A DNA stretch of 64,000 nt, from contig OZ024742.1 of NCBI GenBank assembly GCA_964016885.1, positions 242,420,001-242,484,000 on the forward strand, read 5' to 3'. Each line of letters starts with the position of its first letter. Within the stretch, counting starts at the first letter, position 1. Below are positions 12,731 to 25,559 of the stretch, one piece after another. This DNA is from Eledone cirrhosa. Taxonomy: Eukaryota. The notes under the pieces are model-generated. The model was given only the letters and a program-made list of their open reading frames with translations, was not told the origin of the DNA and did not search any database. The position numbers were made by a program, and so were the translations under genes.

Positions 12731-13764
12731 ATATATATACATTTATGCTTTGTGGTTCACCAATGGTTAGAACTGGTCATTCCGTTAAGTTACCTATGAT
12801 GTATTAGTAAGAAAAGCACTCTACGTTACGCAATTTATCCATCGTTGATGTTGAATCCCGTGGCTGGTGCAGTTAATGTATTCATTTGATTAAGATAACA
12901 GGAGGCTGAGCTGGTAATATTCATTTAAAGTTTATTGTTGATAGACTTGTAGATATGCATGTACATAATTGAAGGTAAAATTGAAGAAATAAAAAATAAT
13001 ATGTAATTAAGTTAATTCAAATTAGAATTAAACTAAATCCTTAGTTAGTATTGGATCTTCTGAGTCGCTCAATATTAGATTCCATACGGAATTATAGAGA
13101 GCTAAGGTGTAGATTAATGGTAAATTTTACATTTCGTAGTATATATGTCCCTGTGTAATTATTATGATACAAGAAAAGTATATCGAATGTTAGGCACTGG
13201 GTGAATTTCATGAGGGGGTGGGGAGGCATAATTAAATATATAATCAATGGATGGTAAATCTAAACTATAATAAAGTAAGGAACGCGGGACTGCGTACGGT
13301 TTATAATTGTTTATCCCATAAGTAAAATAATTGGATTACTTTGAATAAATAGTGAATGAATATTACATAACTTATCTACTAAATTTCGTGGCTGTTGATT
13401 AAATATATTTTGTTTATTTAAAGATTCACTTCTTTAAAATTTCTGAATGTCAACACTTCCGGTTGGCCATCGCTTAAATAAACATACTAATTTTTCTGTC
13501 ACTAATTTTCTCCTAATGCAGTTTATATATAATATCGTCTTTTTTAATGTATCATGGATTACGTTACTGGTTAAATAAGACAGTGCAACGCAGTCGTCGT
13601 TCAATTTCTATGCATTATATATTGTCAATTACGATTTTATTTGATGTATCATATCTACATGCATATATACCTGCGTATAATATCAATATAACACTACACA
13701 TGCTAGCAGAAAACCACCCGAAGGTTGGTTTTTCTGCTAGTACGTATAAGAGATAGTGATATTA

Positions 13765-14730
13765 TTTGAACTTACTTACAAGACCACTACAATTGGACTG
13801 TCCAAATACCCTAAAACAACAAACGACTGGATGCAGAAACTCGTTGAAAAATATGAGAGAAGTAAGAAGCTTCACTCTGTCTTGAAGGAGAGCAAAAAAT
13901 ATGCTTCCGATCTTATGATAGTTAGACTAAGGGAATTGTTGCAACTGTTTCTGCTAAGAATATAAAATTAATGCCAAATGTAAAAGGGCAAGAACAATTA
14001 GCATCAAAGTGGAAGCAGTAACTTCTGCATGGCAAATATGTGGCCCGTAGCCCGTAGCAAACAAGCTGATGTTGACCAGAAGCACACCCACCAGTCGCTA
14101 CGTAAATTAGGGCTAAAAACAGAGGGTCAAGGCTTCATCTTAGCTGCTCAAGATCAAAGCTTATTGACACGGAACAACCAGATCAATGTGATGAGACATG
14201 GAGTAAATCCAAATTGCCGATTCTGCAATGATGAGATTGAATTAGTGAACCACTTAATCTCAGGATGTAAAGTTTTAGCACCAGAAGAATACAAATCTAG
14301 ACATGAAAGAGTTGGCCAATATCTACAATGACGTGGTATAAACATCGCCCTGAGGCTGTAACTGAAGGAGAAAAGGTAACGATATTTTAGGACTTTCCTG
14401 AACTCACTGACAACACAATTAAAGCTAATGGACCAGATATTATTGTAAATGACCAACACAGCGAGATCTGTTTATTGATTGGTATGAGCATCAAATGTGA
14501 TCACATTATCACGGCAAGAGAATTTGACAAGCTAAGAAAATAAAAGATTTGTTCATTCAAATGTGGCACCTCGAGGCCATTACAATACCAATGGCTGTAG
14601 GAGCACTGGTATGATCAAAAAAGTAACAGAACAGTATTTGAGAATGGTCCCTGATTTACAATCTCTACAAGAGGCGCAAACAATTGTTTAACAAGTATTG
14701 AGACGAGCACTACCTCTGTGTGAATGATAA
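13765..14730 (+). mobile_element. Decayed R4/Dong-like RLE LINE 3' part
   Basis: EGQGFILAAQDQSLLTRN..CRFC..HLISGC (CCHC knuckle)..RH..; TDNTIKANGPDII (RLE PD motif)..KLRK; multiple stops. Confidence 0.8.
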
Positions 14731-14999
14731 CCCTTCATGTATGTATGTGTGTGTGTGTGTGTGGATAAGTGTGTGTGTGTATGTGTGAGTGTGTGTGTGC
14801 ATGGATATGTTTTTATTTATATGTATCTATATATATATATATGTATATATATGTGTGTGTGTGTATACATATGTATATATATATACATATGTGTGTGTAT
14901 ATTTGTGTATATGTGTACGTATACACATATACACAAATAAACATGCGCATGTGTATGTATATGAATATGTATGCATGTATATGTATGTGTATATTTATG

Positions 15000-15050
<51 letters not shown>

Positions 15051-15094
15051 TAATAAATAAAGAGAAAACAAAAAACAGAAAAAGGAAGAGGTAG

Positions 15095-15167
<73 letters not shown>

Positions 15168-15243
15168 CGAAGGAGTTGTGGTAAGGAACCAGATGGACCA
15201 TAACGCACCAGAGTACACAATACTTAGGGTAGTAGAGTGAGTA

Positions 15244-15354
15244 ATAGGAAAAAATATGACCCCGACGGCAGAGCTCAAGCCGTTTCGACGGCTATTTCTG
15301 AAATAGCCGTCGAAACGGCTTGAGCTCTGCCATCGGGGTCATACTTTTTCCTAT
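15244..15354. repeat. Fold-back of pLTR family E containing the 3' half of a hammerhead
   Basis: Inverted repeat centred ~15299; arm ..TAGCCGTC-GAAA-CGGC TTGAGCTCT GCC(G/A)-TC-GGGGTC; related copies at ~31805-31850 and ~41826-41925. Confidence 0.7.
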
Positions 15355-15396
15355 ATCTGTATATATATATTTTAATATTTTGACATCGTTAGTCAA

Positions 15397-15454
<58 letters not shown>

Positions 15455-15715
15455 TTGAGTAACGATGTCAAAATATTAAAAAAGGAAAGGGTACTATTTA
15501 ATGGTAATGTTGAATAATATGGATATATGCAAGGCCCGGTTTAAACTATATAACGGAAATAGTTGATAGGCTGAAGTTGAACTGGAGCAAATGTAGACAG
15601 GAGGCCGGAAAGTGGGGTAGAAGATCTAATCCTATTTTCCTGTATTGCTTCATAAATATAAATATATATGTTCTAATTTTGTGGAGACACCATCTGTCAC
15701 TCAAACATTTTAGAA

Positions 15716-16006
15716 CAGTCATGGGCAAACTTTGGCCAGCGAAGCTTTCTGAATAACTCGCCTAAGACACCTAAGAGACATCTTTCTGATTTTTTTACCC
15801 TAACTTTTCAGTATTAATTTATCTTTCTATCTTTTTTACGATCGAGGAAAACAACGTGCACGAATTCTGAAGAAACAAATCAAAACAACCTGAGTTACTG
15901 GCCTTTTTTTTAATGTGGGTACGAATGTAAATTAGCGCTGGCAACCTGCGTGATGACGAGCCATATCTCATGCGGCCCGGTTCTCGAAAAATGTTGCACA
16001 TGCCTG
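15716..16006. mobile_element. hAT-type MITE
   Basis: Imperfect TIRs CAGTCATGGGCAAAC / GTTGCACATGCCTG; 8-bp TSD TTTTAGAA / TTTTAGAG. Confidence 0.75.
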
Positions 16007-16840
16007 TTTTAGAGTGTTGATTGAGATTATTTTTTATCATTCATTCATATGGTTTTCGTTTCGACGTGCTTTATAAATTTTGTGGTAGCAGAAAATTTCC
16101 ATATATCGCAGAAGTGATTAATTTTGGGTGCATTTTAATTTGTAGAGTGTTTAGTTTATCAGATTATTTCCTGATTCAAAATAGTCTATCTGTGTGTGAG
16201 TTAGTGGGTGAGGCTTTAATTAAGACATAATAGATTTTAAAGTATTGAAACTAAACACTGATATACGTGCTACATAACGAGGAGGACGAAACTGAAATTA
16301 AACAAATAAAGGAACACTACGTGAGATCTGTAATCTCATACACTGCTAAGCAGTCTTGTGCTTGGCTTGATATTTTAGAATCACACCCGTTATTTTCATT
16401 TCGAATACAAGTCTATAATTCTACGATTTTATCTTATATTTACTTCATCTTAGTGCATTTTCCAGCCCTTCGTTTCTGTTGAAGTAAAATATGTTTTTAG
16501 TTGAGTCTAAATTTCGCCATTGTTGCCTTATTTGTACTCTCAAAACTGATAATAATCTCTACAACATGACTAGAATTTTCTTAATATAATACTTTTATTT
16601 CTTGTTTCTTAAATCAAACAATTTATCAATTAATTTATTGAACTAAGATTGTTAAAAAAGGATTAGATTGATACTAGATTGCATTTGCGTGCGTTAAAAT
16701 AAAAATGGTTGCAGCTGCGCTGAATACATAAATAGAGACAAATGTGGTTACTGCCTTGGGCAGTATTGTTATTGGCTTATTTTTCATACTAACTAATCTT
16801 TCTCTCGCCCCACTGTTTTTCAGTAAACATTCTCTTTCAC

Positions 16841-16931
16841 TACTCTGTCTCCTTTTATTTCTCAGAGGGAACTGTTTTCGCTTTCACCACTCTGTCTCCT
16901 TTTATTTCTCAGAGGGAACTGTTTTCGCTTT
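16841..16931. repeat. Tandem duplication of a ~45-bp unit
   Basis: ACTCTGTCTCCTTTTATTTCTCAGAGGGAACTGTTTTCGCTTT occurs twice. Confidence 0.85.
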
Positions 16932-17616
16932 ATAACGAAATTAACCATTTTAGATTTAAGAAAAAAGTAACACGCAAAAATAGTCTGATAAATGCGTTGA
17001 TATATTATGAATAAGTATGCGGTGAGACAGTTTCATTTTTTGCTGTAGTGGGATTATAAAATTATGTAATTTATGTGTAAAATAACGTTAAAGAAATATG
17101 TCTATATTTGCAACAACTATAAACAGTTTAGTAGAGAGTGTATTTGATTAAACCAACAACCAGTTCTTCATTATTACTTTATTTTTTTCAATCCCAGTAG
17201 GGTGGAATAAAAATTGGCTCCAGTGGGATTTGAACTCATAACGTAAAGGGATATAAGTAAATATTACTAAACAATATTTTTTTTATTTTATTGAAGCTCA
17301 ACTGTGATATATCGCGCTCGATTCATATAGTAACATCTTATATTACGGTAAATTCCAATATATGATATTTTGTAGAATTTATAGAACTGTTTCGTTTTTA
17401 AAGATATCACTTTTTCTGACAACCCGGAATCCGATGCAAACAGAAGACTAAAACCAATGTGTTTTCTTTTTAATCAATATTATTGGTATACTGCGGTCGA
17501 GGAGGATGGTAGAGTCATCAAAGTGTCCGAATGTTTTTCGGTATTGCTCCAGTTCTATTTGTTTTGATTTCAAACCTGCCGAGATGAACGCTGTCATTCA
17601 TCCTTCCGGGATCTAT

Positions 17617-17666
<50 letters not shown>

Positions 17667-17722
17667 GTGAAAAATTCAACGGGAACAAAACAGAGAGGCA
17701 GTACGAACAATATATATATATA

Positions 17723-18165
17723 TAAACGGAAAAAATGAAACGAAATTTCATTTCTCACTCTTAGTACGGCTGTTACTTAAATATATATATGTATACGTAC
17801 ATACATATATGTATACAGACGTACAGTAGTATGTATATATATATATACATACATGCACACATATATATATGTACGTATGGATTCACCGAACATTTATTAT
17901 AATGCTCGGTGTGTTTGTAAACAAACATCCAGAATTAATCCGTACAGTGTCTAGCAACCATCGTTGCTCATTTGTTCAACACTGACAAAGGAAGGCTGTA
18001 CTAGTTTCAAGCTTATTAGCTCTCGTCAGCAACGTATACCTTCCTGCCAGATGATTGAACGTCCTAAAGTATATACTTTCCTTATGCATATTAACGGCTG
18101 AGCAGCCTAATTTGCATATCGAGTGAGTTAATCGGCCAGTGCCCCGGCAGATTAACTCACTCGAT
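17723..18165 (-). mobile_element. Retrozyme-like family A, locus 2: monomer plus short inversion 18144-18165
   Basis: Homologous to the other family A loci; flanked by TA tracts. Confidence 0.8.
17993..18035 (-). ncRNA. Hammerhead ribozyme, family A
   Basis: rc ACGTTG-CTGACGA-GAGC TAATAA GCTT-GAA-ACTAGT-A-CAGCCT. Confidence 0.8.
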
Positions 18166-18243
18166 ATATATATATATATATTTATTTATAACAATGGAAA
18201 AATTATATACATTTATATATATCATTTTTGCATTACCATCGTA

Positions 18244-18340
18244 AGGGGTCTGACGAGCCGCAGATTACAGAGTCGGGATTGATCAATACAGATCGAACCT
18301 TGAGCTGATCAGTGGCGAAACGCGCGTCCTAACCAATAAA
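18244..18340 (+). ncRNA. Hammerhead-like motif with extended stem II (family G)
   Basis: CTGACGA-GCCGC..~50 nt..GTGGC-GAA-ACGCGCGT-C then AATAAA; palindromic stem III; stem I weak. Confidence 0.6.
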
Positions 18341-18379
18341 CGTATTGAAGGAGTAACCAATCGTCCTTCTTATTTTATT

Positions 18380-18435
<56 letters not shown>

Positions 18436-18499
18436 GTGAAATAAAATAAGAAGGACGTTTGGTTACTCCTTCATTACGTTTATTGGTTGGGAACACGCG

Positions 18500-18561
<62 letters not shown>

Positions 18562-18564
18562 ATT

Positions 18565-18615
18565 GGCTTCTACAGGACTAGAACAGTTTCCTTCGGGAGA
18601 AATCATCAGGAAGCC
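18565..18615 (-). ncRNA. Hammerhead ribozyme, family B
   Basis: rc GGCTTC-CTGATGA-TTTCTCCCGAAG-GAA-ACTG..CTGT-A-GAAGCC. Confidence 0.72.
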
Positions 18616-19310
18616 GACTGTCCAAGTAATATGGAGGTAAGTATTTATACATTTTCAGGTGGTGGGAGAGGGTGGAAATATATATATATATATATCAGTG
18701 AAGTACTCAGGTCGATATAATTTCCCCATAAATTACCGGCTTTGTGCCTAAATTAGAAAGTATTATTACGCTACGGTCAAAGTACATACGTAATCTATTA
18801 TAGACACAATATTTATATTATGCTTAAAACAAATGACTCAGAAATGATATATATATGTGTGTGTGTGTGTGTGTTATTGATATATGTTTCAAAATTCCCA
18901 ACTCAGTGGGGTAGCTAATGTACATCGTTCACTCAGACTGTCGGTTGAAGTCCTACCATGTAAATACAATATATTTATTTAACAATGAAAACGCGTCATA
19001 GAAGTGTAGAGAGATTATATCTATAATTTTGTATCATAGTTAAAATTGTTTACTTTATGTAGTGAAGATAAAAACTTGTAGATAACACCTCTCAAAGTAG
19101 AAGAGGTCAGAAGTATATAACAAAGAATATAGCTTTGAAATATGTTCTTTCTTACTATTGACTTTGCAGAACCTTAGGAATCAAACGCGTCAGAACAAAT
19201 AATATTTCAAAAGAAATTATTTATTTTATGGTACTCTCTCTGAACTTTCAATGGTCCTTTAGCATTCAAAATAACCGTGGAATTTTCACGGGTACTACTA
19301 ATATATGTAC

Positions 19311-19413
<103 letters not shown>

Positions 19414-19696
19414 CGGCCTGCCCGCCCAGCCAGTGGGATGGCGTCATCATATGGCTAAAACAGCACGTGCTGTGTCCAGCACGTGAATTGTCGGTCAAGG
19501 TGATCAAGGTGATATATATATATCATATATATAATATTATATATATATATATATGTGTGTGTATGTGTGTGCATACAGGGTGTCCCAAAAATGTATACAC
19601 ATTTTGATTACGTGTACAAGCAATATTTATTAGAATCACGAGGGACAAGTTATCATAATCGGTTTGTAAATCTTAATTTATCCTTTTAATTGATTA

Positions 19697-19775
<79 letters not shown>

Positions 19776-19862
19776 CAAGGTTTTTTATATGAAATCATGT
19801 GTTTAAACAAATATTGTTGGTTGGTTGTTTGTTCTATGTGTGTGTGTGTTTTCATTTTGTCC

Positions 19863-21075
19863 TTAATTGTAAGTTGTGATGTTACTGCTCCACTCATATT
19901 TTCTATTTAATTTTGGTTGTAATTCGTTTATGCTTACTGCCTCTGTAATTTGCCTAAGCATTGCATCTTTTCTGTGTGTGGATTCTATTTTTATTTCTAT
20001 GTTCTCTAATCTACCCCTGTGCTCTATCTTAGCATGTTGGTAGAGCACAGATGATTCTTTATTATCTTGAAGGTCTCGCCAGTGTTCATTTATTCGTTCC
20101 CCTATACTACGAGCTGTCTCACCTATGTACACTATATTTTTGTTTCTACATTGTCCTTCAGTACATCTTATGCTATACACTACATTTCTAGTTTTACAGT
20201 TAATATGGGGGCTTATTTTACAGGTTATACATTTCTTATCTATACATGAGGGTCTTTGGAACGGGTATGTCTTGCTAATAAGTGTTTTTACGGAGGTACC
20301 TGGTCTTTCTACTATCTTAATATTGAGTTTATGTTTATTTAGGGCCATTCTAAATTTGTAGGCTAGTTCGCCTCTAGGTATTTATTGCTATCATACCATG
20401 AGTTTATTCTATTGGCCTTGTTCCTAGTTCTTTCTATTCTATTCCAAAATTTGCTCCTATACAAGGGGCAGGTCCCATTTATGTCATTATTTACCATTTT
20501 TTCCCATTTGGTTCTGGCTCCTCTATACACTCTGATTCTATCTCTCTGATTGTAGCCAGAGAACTGCATACGGTGGATGAAGTGTTGTATGTGTCTCTTT
20601 AGTTCTTCGGGGTTGCACATGCGGGACACATTTCTCATCACCCGTACCAAATCCGCAATCAGTATGTTGATTTTGGTATGGTCCGAAATGGCCGAGTTTC
20701 GGTGGATTAGATGTTTGGAAGTCATGGATTTGGCATAATGGGAATGGAGGATTTGTTTTTGGTTGTTAATGGTATCTAACCAGAGCTTTATGGCTAGTAC
20801 AGGTAATCGATGGTTGGGGTGTCTACTTGGGTAGTCTATAGTAACTCTAATGCTCTGGTGGATGGAGTTTGCTATTTGCTGGATGCTTTCCATTGTGTTT
20901 TTCTCTAGTTCCTGACTGTTCTTTAGTGGGGGTGTCTTAACTACGATGTTTATATCATCTACGTAGCGGGAGTACATTATCAGGGTTAAGCTGTCTTCTA
21001 ATTGTTCTTTAAGTTTTTGTTTAAGTCTACTGTCCCACCATACTATGAATAAGTTAGCTATGTCGCCTGCAATGC
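19863..21075 (-). pseudogene. PLE pol 3' fragment (RT YVDD through GIY-YIG), probably Naiad-type, with an internal frameshift
   Basis: [25 protein letters not shown]..; CIDKKCITC linker; NVVYSIRC..VYIGETARSIGERINEH..RQITEAV..LNRKYEW. Confidence 0.9.
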
Positions 21076-21084
21076 TAACACATA

Positions 21085-21142
<58 letters not shown>

Positions 21143-21369
21143 TATGTATACGTCCATATATATAAGTATGTATACGTCCATACATATATGTATACAGACG
21201 TACATTAGTGTGTATATATATATACATACATGCACACATATATATATATGTACGTATGGATTCACCAAACATTTATTATAATGCTCGGTGTGTTTGTAAA
21301 CAAACATCCCGTATTAAGCCGTAGTGTCTAGCAACCACCGTTGCTCGTTTGTTCAACGCTGACAAAGGA

Positions 21370-21412
21370 ACGCTGTACTAGTTTCAAGCTTGTTAGCTAT
21401 CGTCAGCAACGT
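21370..21412 (-). ncRNA. Hammerhead ribozyme, family A
   Basis: rc ACGTTG-CTGACGA-TAGC TAACAA GCTT-GAA-ACTAGT-A-CAGCGT. Confidence 0.87.
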
Positions 21413-21799
21413 ATACCTTCCTGCCAGATAGCTGAACGTCCGATAGTATATACTTTCCTTATGCATATTAACGGCTGTGTAGCCCAATTTGCATATCGAG
21501 TGTGTTAATCGGCCGGGTGCACCCAAAACGATAAACGGAAAAAATGAAACGAAATTTCATTTCCCACTCTTAGTACGGCTGTTACTTAAATATAAGTATG
21601 TATACGTACATACATATATGTATACAGACGTACAGTAGTATGTATATATATATATACATACATGCATACATATATAAATGTACGTATGGATTAACCAAAC
21701 ATTTATTATAATGCTCGGTGTGTTTGTAAACAAACATCCCGTATTGAGCCCTAGTGTCTAGCAACCACGGTTGCTCGTTTGTTCAACACTGACAAAGGA

Positions 21800-21842
21800 A
21801 CGCTGTACTAGTTTCAAGCTTGTTAGCTATCGTCAGCAACGT
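21800..21842 (-). ncRNA. Hammerhead ribozyme, family A (tandem partner)
   Basis: Identical to 21370-21412. Confidence 0.87.
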
Positions 21843-21972
21843 ATACCTTCCTGCCAGATAGTTGAACGTATACATATATGTATGAATACATATATGTATC
21901 TACGTATACATACTTATATTTAAGTAACAGCCGTACTAAGAGTGAGAAATGAAATTTCGTTTCATTTTTTCC

Positions 21973-22008
<36 letters not shown>

Positions 22009-23718
22009 GTGCACGTGTTTCTGTGTGTATGAATGTTTCTGAGTGTAAGTGTGTGTGTGTGTGTGTGCGTTTTCATAGAGACAAAACAACGTGGGCTATA
22101 TTTGATTCCTATATTCAATAAAGAGATGCACTTGTTTATGTTTTGCTACAAATTTATTGTTAATCTTTCTTTTTGCAATCCTCATTACAACTCGAATTAC
22201 AACGAAAAATAGTTCCATATTCGTCGATTTCACATTTGTGGTTGTTGTTTTTTCGATTATTATTATTTTTGTTGTTGTTGATAATGATGTAGAAATAGCG
22301 AGAGTCGTGGTAAAGGGGGTGCAGTAAATTAAGGTTAGTTAGCTTGTTGTTTGAAAGTGAAACCTTAATAGTTAGCCAATGCTAACATTACTAGCATCTC
22401 AGTTAAAGATATTTTTGATGCTATTTGGCAACTGCTTCGCTTTACATGCTTTGTGTTAATTTATTGCAAAGCTTAACGCTAGAGAAATTCTGCTGAATGT
22501 ATTCTCTAAAGGATTCCCCCATCTGTCTTCTGTGTTAGATAGATAAAAAGCTAATTGCTAATGGTAACCGTAAACAAGAGCTAAATCAATTTCTTTACAA
22601 ATTTAAGGAAAATCTGTAACTAAAAACTTTTAAAGTCCGAAATGCTTGTCAAACATACTAAACCGTGTTGTCTAACTATATACATTCACTCGCATACATG
22701 CAAACATACACACAGACACACGCACGTGCCTACGAACGCATGAACATCCATACAAAAGCTTTATTAGGTATACATTTTTAAATAGCATTTCTTGAGTAAA
22801 AATAACATCAGACTCCTCCGGTGGTAATCATATGACGTGTTTCCTGTTGTCTGGGCAAATGTGCTAACCATTACGGCGAGAAAAGTCTCCACTCTGGCTA
22901 TTTGAAATATTCATGTAGATGTTTATCAACGAACTATCAGATGAGTCATATAGATTTTACTTAGTACCGTGTGACGCCCAACGTAAGGTAGATTATTTTG
23001 AATGTTTCAGAGAGAAAATATACCGTTTCTGTTGGAGGTTGTGTTCACAGGTGTATACGGTATTGGTTATATGAAAAAATTGTTAGTTAGTAATTAGATA
23101 TATTTCATATTTTTCTATGTATCAACTCACGTGCATATTTTAACCGCTGTTCAAACTTTCCTGATATAAACAGACACAAATTATAAAACAAGATCCAAAA
23201 TACGTCAATGTTTCTTTTACTCTGTATCTTCCTTAGGCGTTGAAGAAAAATAATAAGAGAACTGTGGAATGGATGAAAAAATAATTATATGTTTTGGGAG
23301 TTACACTAATGCACACCATAAGTATATGATAAAAACGATCTGAAACATATTTTTATTATTCTATATAAAATATAGCTAAGAGGTGAATAGTTAAATTAAT
23401 AGAAATATATTAAATTATATTCTATGTTGAAAACAAACGAATAACATTGCGAGAGGTCATATTAGTTGTTAGACTGTTGATTTGGGAACCAAAGAGAATT
23501 TAATAGTACAAGAAATTAATTATTCACAAATAGGGTTTTATTAATAAAGATGTATGATTGAAATATTCATATACCCCTTGTTTTATCTAAGAACGCATTC
23601 AAGTAAATATTCATATATGCATATCTACATGCTTATCAAGCAAACAATTGCATGCACATGTAGTCATATGGGTTGCAACTGTCAAATATATGAAAATGTC
23701 ATTGATACTTACATTAAT

Positions 23719-23792
<74 letters not shown>

Positions 23793-24268
23793 TTCGTTTT
23801 TGTATTTGTTGTACAAGATTCTTATCTGAAAACGTGTGTTGAAATGTGGTTTTCTCTTCAATTTATAACAAATTTACAGGAGGTCAGAATGTGTGACGAA
23901 AGAGCTTTGAGAATAAATAAACCAACCAACTGGAAATTTGTAATAAATTGAAGTGAAAACCAACAGGTGCATGTGTTTCTATTGGCAGTATATCCAACCC
24001 AAAGCAAAACAATATATTTACATTCGTGTATCTGTGTATATATATAACATTTTGAGCGCAGGAAATAACTGTGAACACAGCTTAGATAGTCGGATAAAAT
24101 ACCCCATATAGACCCCAGCAGTCGCTACAAAGAATCGTAGTATAATTCTCAAATGCCGAATGGACAATCACTACCATTGAGCCAAAGGATCCCTGAGTTT
24201 TTTCTGTTTGCTTTCAGTCATTTCTTAAGCATTTCAACTCACTTGACTTTCCAATGTTAATTTACATG

Positions 24269-24269
<1 letters not shown>

Positions 24270-24360
<91 letters not shown>
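24270..24360. repeat. (CA)n microsatellite
   Basis: Directly visible. Confidence 0.95.
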
Positions 24361-24362
<2 letters not shown>

Positions 24363-24554
24363 GTGATGGCTGCCCCCTAGTTATTGAGTATGGCCATTTC
24401 ATGATGTAACATTATTAATTATTAACAATTAATGCTATCGTGCAATGCTTGTCCGTTAAGATTTTAAAGTGAGGAAAGACTGTGCACTGAGCCAATCACA
24501 CTTTGAGCGACAGTAGCTATAACCCGAAAAGAAGGAAACATCAACATCTTCGGT

Positions 24555-24950
24555 AACTACTGAGCCGCAGGTTTTAAGTCGGAGTTATCCCAGTTTTTTG
24601 AGTTGCCTTCTCCTAGAAGAATGCCCTGACAAGGCCTAGGTGTCCTTCACTCCCAGTGATTTAACCGCGCGATCGGATATCCAACCCGATTATTTCTATG
24701 TCCCCACGCATTTATACACATATGTATACATGTATATACATATATACATATGTATATACATATTTACACATTTTTGGATGGGTATGAGTTCTTTCGCCCT
24801 TTGTCGGGTATTTTTTTCGACCTGCAGAGTGTCGAAAATCACCTTCCTCGCCAAGTAAACTTGGTGGGGTTGCCGGTTTAGTCGCCGACGATCCAACTAT
24901 GCGACAGGTTGTACTGGGTTACATGTTACCAGTTGCACTCAAGAGTGACA
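24555..24950 (-). mobile_element. Probable RTE-type LINE 5' UTR fragment
   Basis: rc contains CTAGGAGAAGGCAACTC..ACTTAAAACC and CGGCGACTAAACCGGCAACCCC, resembling RTE 5' UTR motifs as I recall them; not aligned. Confidence 0.4.
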
Positions 24951-24967
24951 CGACATACATACATACA

Positions 24968-24998
<31 letters not shown>

Positions 24999-25559
24999 CA
25001 TACATACATACATACATACATACATACATACATACATACAATTTTGTATATATTTAGGGAGTGGTTATGTGTGTGCGTGTGTTGCTGTGCAAGTGTATAT
25101 ATATGTATGTGTCTATGTGCGCATCCGTGTGTTTCTGTATGTTTCATTATTATTACGGGGAAGGATGAAATGGAATTGTTACGAGGGGGGTTATATTGCA
25201 TTTATCGAAGATTTATGCGTATATCTACTAGTAGGCATATCTTTCGACATTTATATGGTCGGAGGGAACATGGCCAGCATATTTGCAGACGACGCTGCCA
25301 GAGAATTGACGCCACACCAAGAAGCTAGATCTTCCTGATCAAAGAGTGGCCCGATCACACATTGACAAATTAAATATGTCTGTCAACAAAAGGACCTATT
25401 GTTTTAGTTATCTCAAAAGATCACAGAGCAGCTGGCCGGCATATATCTCTCTCAAAGGCAGGTGTCGCCAGCTTATGTTCTGAATGCGCTGAAGCAGGTG
25501 AGTTTAAGTGCCATCAAGGTGCTTTTGTTGTTTAGATGAAAGCGTCTATGTTTCACTTT

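Larger units (their letters stand above)
21139..21978 (-). mobile_element. Retrozyme-like family A, locus 3: ~1.7 tandem units, period 430 bp, plus inverted ~21868-21978
   Basis: Two identical HHRs exactly 430 bp apart, in head-to-tail units. Confidence 0.85.
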
